From contig CM060731.1 in the NCBI GenBank assembly GCA_030704615.1, forward strand, positions 85,870,001 to 85,934,000: a DNA stretch of 64,000 nucleotides, given 5' to 3'. Of this stretch, positions 25,750 to 36,321 are shown piece after piece. The DNA comes from Takakia lepidozioides. Lineage: Eukaryota > Plantae > Bryophyta. A model generated the notes under the pieces. It was not told the DNA's origin and ran no database searches. It saw nothing but the letters and a program-made list of their open reading frames with translations. Both the position numbers and the translations under genes were made by a program. Within the stretch, counting starts at the first letter, position 1. Each line of letters begins with the position of its first letter.

Positions 25750-27110
25750 TCCTGCTGGCTCATGCATGGATTGCGACTCAATCCATCCGCATCCCGATTG
25801 ACCAAACCCGGTCGATGCACAACCTGAAAGTCATACTCCTGGAGTATAAGTGCCCACCGTGCAAGCTTCCCCGTAAGCTTGTCTGACTCCATCAACCACT
25901 TGAGTGGCTGGTGATCCGTGACAAGGGTGAAAAGATTGCCGTATAGATAGCACCTGAAGTGTGCCACGGCCCACACTGCAGCTAAGCACTCTCCCTCATA
26001 TGAGCTGTACTTAGCCTCTGCAGCGTTGTTCGAGCGGCTAGCGTAAGCCACTACGAACTCTCTTCCCTCATCATCCACCTGTGTGAGCACCGCTCCAAGC
26101 CCCAGCATGCTCCAATCCGTATGCAGCTGAAAGGGACGCCCCCTGATAGGTCGTCTCAAGATAGGCGCCGAGGTCAACCTCGCCTTGAGCTCTTGAAAAG
26201 CTCGTTCCTGCTCATCTTCCCACTGCCACTCCTGGTCCACCTTGGTCAGCTTGGTTAGAGCCTTTGCAATGGTACTAAATCCCTTGACAAACCGTCTATA
26301 ATAGTTTGCCAACCCCATGAAAGCTCGAACTCGGCTCACATCCGTGGGGCGTGGAATTTGTGCAATGGCCTCTACCTTAGTCTGCTGTACCCCCAATCCT
26401 CCAGGATATATCATGTGACCCAGATACTCAATCTGGTTGTGGAAAAACTTGCACTTCCCCGGATGCAACTTCAATCCGTGCGCTCTCAAGCGCTCCAATA
26501 CCACCTGAAGGTGTCTCTCATGCTCCTCCATCGTAACACTAAGATGATGATGTCATCTATGTAGCACCGAGCAAAGTCCACCCCTGCTAGAATCCTATCC
26601 ATGACTCTCTGAAACTCTGCAGGAGCATTCTTAAGCCCAAATGGTAAACCGCCACTGATATAGGCAATCCTTGCCGTGCTCATTGATCCCCCAGAATGCC
26701 GTCTTCTGCTTGTCCGCCTCCTTGATTGGCAACTGGTGATATCCGGATCGTAAATCCAAAGTGCTAAAGGCCTTAGCATGCCCGATGGCATCAAAGATCT
26801 CCTCTGGTGTTGGCATGGCATACTTATCGGACTTGGTCTGACGATTTACAGGCCGGTAATCACCGCACATACGTCTCTCCGTCCAATTGCCATAGACATC
26901 CTTCTTGGCTGGCATCACTGTGGCTGAAGCATACTCTCCACAGAGAGCTCCACCAAACCTGCCTCCCAGAGATCTTGAGTCCTCATCTGAATCAAAGACC
27001 TCTCCATGTCACTGTATCTATAGGGTCTCCGAAAGATTGGCGTGTCAGTGGCCAACTCAATACGGATCTCTTGACCCTTCAGTGCTCCCAAGTCCTTCAA
27101 ACTGAAGGCA
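25750..27110 (-). pseudogene. Reverse transcriptase and RNase H (Ty3/Gypsy type), frameshifted
   Basis: RMCGDYRPVN, FSTLDLRSGYHQ, PFGLKNAPAEFQR, YIDD, KCKF..YLGH; RNase H LHTDWS, YSSYEGE, TDHQPL, DADGLSR. Confidence 0.93.
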
Positions 27111-27569
27111 AAGCAATTCCTGTAAGCCCTCAGGAACCGCCGTATACGTCTCTCTCTCTCTCCTCCGGTGACAATGGGTCCAATGTCAGGCTCCCAATTG
27201 TCCTCCGTAACTACAACCTTAAGTCCAGTGGGCTTAGAGGTAGAGGACGCGTCCCGTGGTTGCTATGCTGCAACCTCTTGAGCAGTACTCCCTACCTGCT
27301 CAGTCAATGACAAGGCATCATCCTGCCCCATCATCTCATCCTTGAGGACCTCCTCAACTCGAGAAGAATCCCCAACCTCATCCATCACAGCCGCCTTGGC
27401 TGCCAACTCCCTCTGAACCTCGAGCACCTCCCACGTGTGCCATGGATGCATGCACCCCGTGGTCCTCATATGCTCGCCCCCACTCACTGCCTGTACCGTC
27501 TCGGTAGGCAGAGAGACCATTGAGGGAAGTGTATTCCGCACTCTGCGTTGCTCAGCTAGAGCCAAGCTG

Positions 27570-28515
27570 ATAATCCAGGTCAAGCAATTGAGATCCATTG
27601 CTTGCCCCAACACTTGACGACGTGATGCCTCAGAAAGAGACGACACCGCCGTGGTACCAGTGGTAAAACCCATTGCCCGCTCACGCTCGTCAGCATTAGG
27701 CTCCACTAACTGCTGCAACTGAGCATCCCACAGGAGGCCAGGTCCACTATCCCGGAAAGCATGCGATCCTGGGAAGCTGAGCAGTGTAGGTAATGCTGCT
27801 CGTGGTTGACCCACCTTGTTGACCACTGCCAAAGGCGAACGGTCATCGTGTCTCACACGTTGAGACTGCCTCCCTGTGTCCAGAATGTTATCCACTGTGA
27901 GATGTGCTGGCCGCTGCACCCCATCAAATGCACGCTTGAGCAGTGCGGGTGGCATCATGTTAGTCCACCATAGCCGTGGACGATGAGCCCGTGACCCCAC
28001 TGTAGCTGCATCTAGCAACACTGCTGACCCAAGCCACGACCGGACTTGATGCACACTGGCCATCACCCTGGCCCGAGAATCGCCCATCAGTGGCACATTC
28101 TCCAAGATGTATGCTGGATACAGCTTGATGAAGCTGCAAGTGGCGCAAAACCCGCACCATCTCCAAAACAGACCCGACCTCGAGTCTCGCAATCCATTGC
28201 CATGCCCGGCTGATGAATGCCCTTGGCAGGGCCAACCTGCCACTACCAGATCAATGGAGCCAACCCGCTCCAAATCCTGCGCCCCCAGCAACGAAATGTC
28301 TGCTGGCAAGGCCTGCTGATATCCACGAATTGCAGACACACCGACAACAACTCAGGGTACCGCTGCACCAACTGAGCAACATGGCGAAGTGAAACGCGTC
28401 GTGCAGTCTCATCCCTCTCCACATACAGGTAACGCCGAACTCGTACACCTGCCTGTAACACAGCAGCCAATCCGGTGCTGATCCCGCCAAACAAGTCCAG
28501 AAGACAAATGCCTTC
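27570..28515 (-). CDS. DNMT3-like C5-cytosine DNA methyltransferase domain embedded in pol (about three small frameshifts in this assembly)
   Basis: Motifs in canonical order: I LLDLFGGIS, II YVERD, III ADI, IV AGWPCQG (catalytic Cys), V GL..SRSGLF, VI ILENV, VIII AHRPRLWWTN, IX ERERAMGF, X RRQVLGQAM. Motifs VIII-X resemble DNMT3 (AHRARYFWGN, EMERVFGF, RQRLLGRSW). Confidence 0.92.
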
Positions 28516-28899
28516 ATCCGGAGACTGCCACACAATAGGTGTGGTGTCCAATGGAGACAATTGAGGTGGTCCTGGTGCAATCCCCACACTCTCCTCCTCT
28601 CCTGACGGTACAAAAGCCTCCACCCAGGCTTGTTGCACCCGTCGATCAGCATCCCGCTGCAAATCCTTGCTCGTGCCCCACAATGGAGTCTGAGCAACCA
28701 TGGTAGGCAACTCCGCCATACCATACATGTCATCCTGCTCTCCCGGAGGTGGTACATCCTCTGAATGAGCATTGCCCTCAGCAACTCTCTAGGCCAACTC
28801 ACTGCCGCTGTGAATGCTGCTAGTGTCGGCATCTTGCCTCGCTGGGCAACCGCAACTCCTCCTATGAACGTCACAGGGAGCTGCACACGCCGGCCCTCC

Positions 28900-29300
28900 C
28901 CTGACTGCCATGCAGGCCTATAGGAAGCTGACTCCTCCCAAAAATCCAGGGTGAAGCCCATGGGGTACAACACTGCCCCACCAACCAGGACATCGTATGA
29001 GACTGCGTCTGTCACAATGGCCTTGGCTCGCATCACTGAGCCATGTAGGGTGATCCGGCCGTAGTCTGATAGCCAACTCATGCCGTGTCATGCCCCGAGC
29101 CTGCTCCGATCCTCCCAGAGACGTCTGTATCTGGAAAGGACAAGGCTCCATATCCGCCTCCGTGAGGCCCAAGCCTGCAATAGCAGCTCTGCCCAGCATC
29201 AGTGGCTGAGCTCCCGAGTCCAACAAGACTCGCAGTGGCCGGTACCTCTTGCCTGCCGGTCCACTCAAACAGAAAATGCCATCCTGGTTGTCTAACATGA
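28900..29300 (-). pseudogene. Retroviral-type aspartic protease
   Basis: RVLLDSGAQ active-site motif and downstream YDVLVGG. Confidence 0.8.
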
Positions 29301-29899
29301 CAACTCCAGGTGTCACCATGGCGCGCTCAATGGCTGGCCTAGCTGGCAGCTCCATCAACCTGGCAGCTGCAGCTTGCCATGGCGCCGCCGTGGCAGTCTT
29401 GACCCTCAAATCCGAGGATCCCTCCGGCACTACACCCCCACTATCTCCGCAGAAGATGAAGTAACCTCCCCACTCTCACAGAGTGTAGCTGCCAGCCTGA
29501 ACACCTCAGCTGGTCTTACCCCCGGCGTCGCAATCATGGTAGCCGAGAACAATGGAGCCTGGCACACAGATGTGGCCGCTCCTAGCAGCACACTAGCTGC
29601 CGTAGCCTTGGCAACACTAGGTAGTGGTGCTACCCGTGTAGCTCTCCCCAATGGCATAGTAACCTCCGCCTCGGTAACAGTCGGGCGAGAACTAGGCCAT
29701 GGATGGCGTCGACACTGTCTCCGCCAATGTGAATGACTGAGGAAGCCTAGCCTGACGGCTTGCCTCCCCACGCTGTGGATCCAACTCCACCTCTGCACCT
29801 CGTGGCTCAGGAACTCGTGCTGCTCCTCGAGTCACGGCTGCAGCAGACTCCACCTGCACTAGTGGTAGTGCTGCTCCACACATGAATCCCATGCCTCCC

Positions 29900-31424
29900 A
29901 TATCTCCTCCCTCAGGAGCAGGAGGTGGACCATCCGGCCTTAGAGCCGGTACCCTGAGCTGTAGCCATGGCAGCGAGCCTCTGCTCTAGCTGCTGAAGCC
30001 GGTTGGCCATGCCTTGGTCAACACCCTGACCTCCGCGTCCTTGGCCACGTTGAGCTTGCCCTTGGCCTGCACCTCGTGGCTGGCCACCTCGTCCTCTCTG
30101 GGCTGCTCCACCTCGCCCCCGGCCACCATTGTTCCCTTGGAACTGGCCTGGGCGCAACTCAGGATGCAAACCATAACACTGGGCCTCTCCATGCCCGTGC
30201 TTGCCACAATGCCACACTGCAACTGTGCAGGCTGTGCATGTGCCGACCCTTTGCCTCCCTCTGGGCAATCCTTCTTGACATGGGGTCCTCCACATGTCCA
30301 GCACACCACATCCGCCCGTTGTTGGCCAGCAAATGAAGGGAGAGACCCCTGCATCTGAGGTCCTCTCTGCCCTTCCCTGAGCTTCACCTGAGCCCCCTTG
30401 TTGCCTTGAGCACGTTGAGGTAGTGGTTGGCTAGGAGCACCACTACCCCGTGGTGTCTCCTTAGCAAATCCCACCATGACCACTCGTTCCTCCACCATGT
30501 TGAGCTCTATCCGCTCTGCCAGCAAAACACATTTGCTAAGGTGGGTTGGGCCGCTTGTAGGAGAGTTGCATCCCGCACCCTTCTCCTCAGCTCCTTGTCC
30601 AATATCCCATACCAGAATTGGACTGCCTGAGCTTCCGTAACCCCTTGGGTTACATTTATCAAGCGCCTCATGCGAGTGAAAGCCTCCTCAAGCTCTCGGT
30701 CGGCTTCCGTTGGAACTCTTGCAAGCTCCGCAACTTCTCTGTCCTCACCCCTTGGTAGTTCCCTCTCAACTCTTCGAAGAACTCCACAACAGGGTTGAAG
30801 GCAGGCACGGGTGCTAGTGCTGGTGCGGTAGTGGCTTGGGTGGACGTCGTAGCTACTGTACCACCAGTCCCACTGCTGCTTGCTGAAGCTGCCCGGTGCA
30901 GCGGCAGGTGTAGCCACTGCCCTCGTGGCTCTAGTGCCCCTAGTGATGGAGACATAGTCGGGTGACCAGTACATCCTCCACTCCTCGATCTCAACCTCAT
31001 GCCCCCGCCTGAACTCATGGTAATCATCCATAGGCGGCCCCTCAAGGTGCTGAAACAGCCCTTTCCATGCCATGAACGGCGTAAATAGTTGTGGATTGCG
31101 CATTTGCTGCAAATCACACCAACTATCAAACTCTTGGATAAAATCATCCAACTCAATGGTGCCCACCGCCCCAGAGTACCTTCGTGGCCCCTTGGTAGCT
31201 CCATACATCTCCTCCATTGTGTCCCACAACAATGGCAAAGAAACAACTTGCACCGCCGGTATGAGCCCTCCTGATTCACAATCCGAATCAGAACCTTCCG
31301 TGGAAGACACAGGAGGTGAAGGTGGCCTAAACCGCACACCTCGTCTCGTGTACCCACTAGTATCGCTAGTGCTCGAACCGGCACTGTCCCCAGCAACTAG
31401 TGGCACCTCCGTGTTGACACTCAA
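29900..31424 (-). pseudogene. Gag-like region with two CCHC knuckles, frameshifted
   Basis: RRYSG...LDDFIQEFDSWC, FQRKPTESL; knuckles CWTCGGPHVKKDC and C.HCGKHGHGEAQC; RGG-rich stretch. Confidence 0.75.
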
Positions 31425-31679
31425 CCGGTCATGAACATGTCCCTAACCCCCTCTCCACAAGGTAACCGGGTAGAGAACCTGTTGCGGCTTATGGTTTGGA
31501 ATACTAAGTTCCTAACATAGCCTACACCTGAACTTGCATGACCATGGGAATATCATGAAGATACTCCTCAACCGCCCTCCACGAGCTTCAAAATTCGGCC
31601 TTCCCCAATGCCAGTCCTTATGCCTCCACAGTCAGCACAGGCTCCACAGGTCAACACGGGCCACCACAGACCAGCACAG

Positions 31680-32370
31680 GCCCACACAGCTCACTGGTCA
31701 CAGCCGTCACAGTCCCACAGGCCACTGGGCACAGCCTGTCACAGCCCCTCACATGTCACAGCCTCATGTCACAACAGCCCCTCACAGCCCCATGGGCACG
31801 GCCTGTCACAGCCCCTCACAGCCCGTCACAGCCCAAGGCCTCAGGCACGCCTGTCACATCACACGCCTGTCACAGCCCTCACAGCCCGTCACTCAAAAAC
31901 AGCCCTCACAGCCCTCACAGCCGGTCACAGCCCCTCACAGTCACAGCCCCAAAGGCCACGGCCTGTCACAGCCCCTCACAACCCTCACAATCACAACAGC
32001 CTCACGGCCTGTCACAGCCCCTCACAGCCCGCCATTCACAGGCCCGTGTCACAGCCCTCACAGCCTCACGGCCTGTCACAGCCCCTCACAGCCGCCTCAT
32101 GTTGTCACAGCCCTCACAGCCCGTCACAGCCGGCCTCAGGCACTGTCACAGCCCGCCCTCACAAACAGCCCCATGGGCACAGCCTCACAAGGGCCTTGTT
32201 CACAGCCCCATGGGCACAGCCTGTCACAGCACACAGCCCGTCACTGTCACAGCCCGTCACAGCCTCACAGCCCTTCAGGCACACAGCCCGTCACATCACA
32301 ACAGCCCCTCACATCACAGCCCCACAGCCCACACACAGCCGCCTCACAGCGGCCTGTCACAGCCCCACAC
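31680..32370. repeat. Degenerate (TCACAGCC)n minisatellite in the 5' leader of copy 1
   Basis: Dozens of TCACAGCC / GTCACAGCCC units; the array is absent from the leader of copy 2. Confidence 0.85.
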
Positions 32371-33870
32371 ATGGCCGCTCTGGCAGTTTAGCCATTTCTC
32401 CAAGGGGTTTAGCCACGCCAAGCTAGGGTTTGTGTCTCTTGGACTCTAGGCTTCTTTCCACCGAGCTATGGTGGCTGTGAGGAAATCAGCAAGGTATCCT
32501 TGCTCTTTCGGCTCCCACACCACCATAGTAGCCCTAAGCCATGAGGTGGTTGCCACAAACCAAGCCTTTCTCACTTAGCCTCCCCAAACACGCCACTAAA
32601 CTCAATGGCAAACAACCAAGCCCTGCTGGTTCCCAGCCCTTGTGAGCACATTCAAGCACTCTCATTGGCCATAGCATCTGTCTTAGAGCCTATTCCAGCC
32701 CTCTACACCTGTTGCTTCAAGAGTTGCGCTCCCTTCAAGCTTGAAGTTGAAACCCCAACTCACATAGGCCCTACAAGTGCTTTTCTTTTCACTCCAAGTG
32801 GAAACCAGCCCTAGACCTTCCGTTCTAGCTCTCTAAGGCTTGAAAACAAGAGCCTCAATGGGCTGAAGCATGCTCCACACATGCCCCACTCTCACCATAA
32901 GAGAATCAGCTCCTTTGCTTCATTTCTTGCACCCACAAACCTGAAAATACAAGCTTCAGCAGGCTGAAAGCATGCTCTACATGCCCTAGGGAAACCAGCC
33001 CCCCCTTCCTTGCACTCCCACACCTAAAGTGCAAGCCTTCACCAGGCTGATAGCATGCTCCACACATACATTGCCCTCACATAAGGGAAGTCAGCCCTTC
33101 CCTCTTCCTTGCTTGCCCTCCAAGCTTGAAGATGGAAGCTTCAATGAGCTGAATACATGCTCCACACATGCAACCTCTTCACACAAGAGATATCAGCCCC
33201 CTATCTTGGCTCCTTGGCTCCTTGATGCTCTCTAAGACAAGACTAAGCACTCCACAGCCTTTGCCAAGCTCCTGAAACCCTAAGGCTTACATTTCCAGCC
33301 ACAAGACACTTCTCTTGTGGTGCAAGAGCTCTTCTTCCAAGCTCTGAAACCCTAGGTGCACATTCCATGGCCTTGCCGCACCTCTTAGCTCCTGTTCCAG
33401 CCCTGCTCTTGCCATGACAAGAGCCCTCTCAATGCTGAAGCTCGAGATTGAAACCCAATCTCACCATACTCCACAAAGTGCACTGATTTGCCCCAAGCCA
33501 AATCAGCCCTTTCGCTTGGTCTTGCAATCCTTCACACAATGAAAGCTCGCATTCCCAAGTCCAGTTCTCAGCTTTGCCACCAAAGCCACTATAACCTGCT
33601 CTTGACTGGTCCTCTTCCCAATCGTGCTTGCTCATGCATGTACACAATCTGAAACCATCAAGGTGCTCTGGAATTACCTGCAGCATGGTGCTTTCATCTC
33701 TGAAGCTGAAGATCGAATGCCAAGGTCTACCACCTCGTAACCCACATCGCCTCCGCTTCTAACAACCAAGAGCTCCACGGTGCTCCTTGCATAACAACTT
33801 GGTTTCTCTCATTCTCAAGCAAAAACCACAAGTGCTACAACTAACTCGTATCTGGCACTCATAGATACGA

Positions 33871-33887
33871 GCTCATCTTTCTCGAGT
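33871..33887 (-). promoter_or_regulatory. Primer-binding site, complementary to a sequence in the element's own block B (self-priming type)
   Basis: GCTCATCTTTCTCGAGT (33871-33887) is the exact reverse complement of ACTCGAGAAAGATGAGC (34051-34067); no TGG start as expected for a tRNA PBS. Confidence 0.75.
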
Positions 33888-34213
33888 GATAAAGAAGAAG
33901 AATACAAGCACAAGCTCATGCGAGCTCACAAAGCTGAAGCATAAACTCATGCATATATAACCTCATCACTCAAATACAAGTCAAGCCAAGTGCACCCCAC
34001 GCCATGGGGAATCCACACTACGGCGCCATAGCTAGGCGCGGTGAGGCTCAACTCGAGAAAGATGAGCCTCCCGCGCTTGCCGTGAAGATAACCACTCCAG
34101 GGCCTAAATCTGCCTTGACCCCTGGATTGACACTTGGGCCAATCCCAAATGTCAATATGTAAAAGCTAGCTATTTCCTAGCTAGTTTCACACTAGTGGTA
34201 AAATAACTTGACA
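33887..34213. repeat. Split-LTR block B2 of copy 1 (5' terminal repeat of the element)
   Basis: Repeat of B1; ends AACTTGACA followed by the TSD GGGT. Confidence 0.9.
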
Positions 34214-36281
34214 GGGTATATAAACGAGATCCCCCTGCCTAGTACTTACTAAGTTACCACTTACTAGTTAATAAGTGGTGGGCTCTGCAGGCGCAGGGCC
34301 CCCAAAAAAAACATAAACACGAACTATAGGTATATTAATTAATAGGGGTCCCAAATCCACATTCTGGCATGGGCCATTCCTAAAGGTCGAAAAAGGGAGA
34401 TGAGTGAAACGGCCAATGGGGAGGGAGGGCACCTGTGTTGGAATGGGTGAAATGTGAGGCCAGGTGTAGAGGCTAGCATAGAAGTAGGAGGGTGGGCCCT
34501 CTTTCTAGTTCTAGAGCTTTTGAGAAGTAAGATGAGCTGGTGGGGATGAGGGGATGGGCCCCCCTTCTAGAAGGCTCCACCACTGCCTTGAGATAGTACG
34601 TAAAGAGGGCGAGGGCTACCTTCCGAAGGTTCCTTCTGCCACCTTACTTTGGTGGGCTCTGCAAACAAGCCCCCCCCCTAAAGAATGTAAACTTGAACTT
34701 GAACCATCTTCAAATGAATAGAAATGGATGGCCCTCGAGAACCTTATTGGCCTTGCCTTCTTAACCCCTAAAGGACCAGGAGGCCCTCAACGTGTCATTC
34801 AATCTGTTCTAGGGGCCTTGGATCTAAACCAAATCGGGCCCCACAAATTAGGTTGTCTGCAGCTTGGAGTTATGCACAAAAGTGTCTCTCTTGATTTGCT
34901 CCTAGGCCCGCCATGGTGCTTGTGTGTAAGATCAAAGCACCACTCTCCTGATTGTTGGAAGGAAGTTGGGGAGGCGCAGATGCTTCATGGCGCATGGATA
35001 GGCTTGGCTATCTATTTTGACCTCCCCCTAATATGGCAATGTGACAATTGGTTTTATCCATTTATCTTGAAATGGCGTTGGCCCATTCCCGCCACAAAAG
35101 CACAGATTCCCAAATCAGGCCATTAATTACAGCTGGTTAGAGGGATTTAGCCAAAAATTTGAATCTGGCTATCGATTTTTTAGAAAAGTTTATAGAGAGG
35201 TTGTGCGAAAGTTTGGCAGTTGTGCCATAGTTGGGCATGGCTTTCTGCTTTTAGCAAAGGTGGCTATTCCATGCACCACCGTAGAACGGGACCATATGGT
35301 GTTTTCCACCGACACTTTTGCACGTGTGACAAAAAAAAGAAATGTGTCGAGGAAGGTGACCTACTTAGCATGTCATGGGAGGAAAAATATTGGCTAGTGT
35401 AGGTCAACCATGGAGAACGGGACCCATGCGCCCAAACGCCTCACTTTTGGTGAGGCGTTGGGCGCACGGGACCCGGCCAGGCCCTGCACGGGTCCCGACA
35501 TCCATGGAAGTGCATGGAACGGGGTGCCCACCCATTCTCCCTTCGTGTGACATCAGCAGAACGGGAGAACGGGTCACATGGAAAGTAACCCTAAGTCCCC
35601 ACTCCGAGGGCGTACCGCGGTGTGAGGGGAGTAGTCCGAGGGCGTAGCCCGAGGCACTATGACCCGAGCACCAAGGTGGGCCCGAGGCGGGGGGACTTTC
35701 CCTGCATAAAGACAGAGGGATCTTTCCCGCGGTGGATGGCTCAGATCTTTTGAAGATCTGCGTGAATGGCTCATATCCCTAGGATCGAAATAAAAAAAAT
35801 GAATTTCAAAAGGAAAAGATGACAGGGCGTAATATCCCACGAGACATTACGCGTAAGATCCCCCGCCCACGGGATCTTTCTGTCATATAAGGTCCCTGCA
35901 AATACAAAGGGAAAAATCCCGTAGGTTTTACGTACTAGACGTTATAATCAGGTAAAGACGTATTCGTGCGTATGAATACACCATAAAAAGCAGGTTGTGG
36001 AGTATTCTCGCTGATACTTTGCGCAATCTGATTGGGTTTGAATTATCCCATATCGATTGCCCATTTTCAGAACCCTGTGGAGGATATAAACGGCGGTGAG
36101 CTTCAAGGGATTGGTGGGTGGGGTGATGGTTGATTACGTGTTCCTACGGATTATATACTTTGCCATCATGGGTGCATAATCGGCCATCAAAGATTCGGCA
36201 ATCGGCAGTACACCATGGGTGGTCGATTCTGCCAAATAAATTGCCCTGTGGAAAGGGTCGAATACGCCTTACCTGATTTTA

Positions 36282-36321
36282 ACGGAGTGTAAGCCACTTG
36301 CGCCAGTGGCTTACACTCCGT
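36282..36321. other. Perfect 17-bp-stem hairpin; possibly a Helitron-like 3' end
   Basis: ACGGAGTGTAAGCCACT-tgcgcc-AGTGGCTTACACTCCGT, with CTAG 11 nt downstream (36333-36336). Confidence 0.4.

Larger units (their letters stand above)
23162..34213 (-). mobile_element. Ty3/Gypsy retrotransposon, copy 1 (11.05 kb): gag-PR-DNMT-RT-RH-IN-PHD with split direct repeats
   Basis: Termini TGTC...GACA; 4-bp TSD GGGT (23158-23161 and 34214-34217); domain order PR-RT-RH-IN; repeat blocks A1-B1-gc-A2 on the left and B2 on the right. Confidence 0.93.

Noticed and set aside
27570-28515. Host DNMT3 gene or bacterial contamination
   Set aside because: The domain is intronless, colinear within pol in two copies and enclosed by element termini; flanking DNA is eukaryotic.
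31534-32449. Three long + strand ORFs (227-285 aa)
   Set aside because: They are translations of the TCACAGCC minisatellite, antisense to the element.
23162-34213. DIRS/Ngaro/PAT classification suggested by the split repeats and a methyltransferase
   Set aside because: No tyrosine recombinase; protease, DDE integrase and a TSD are present; the MTase is C5-type, not the Dam-like domain of DIRS.
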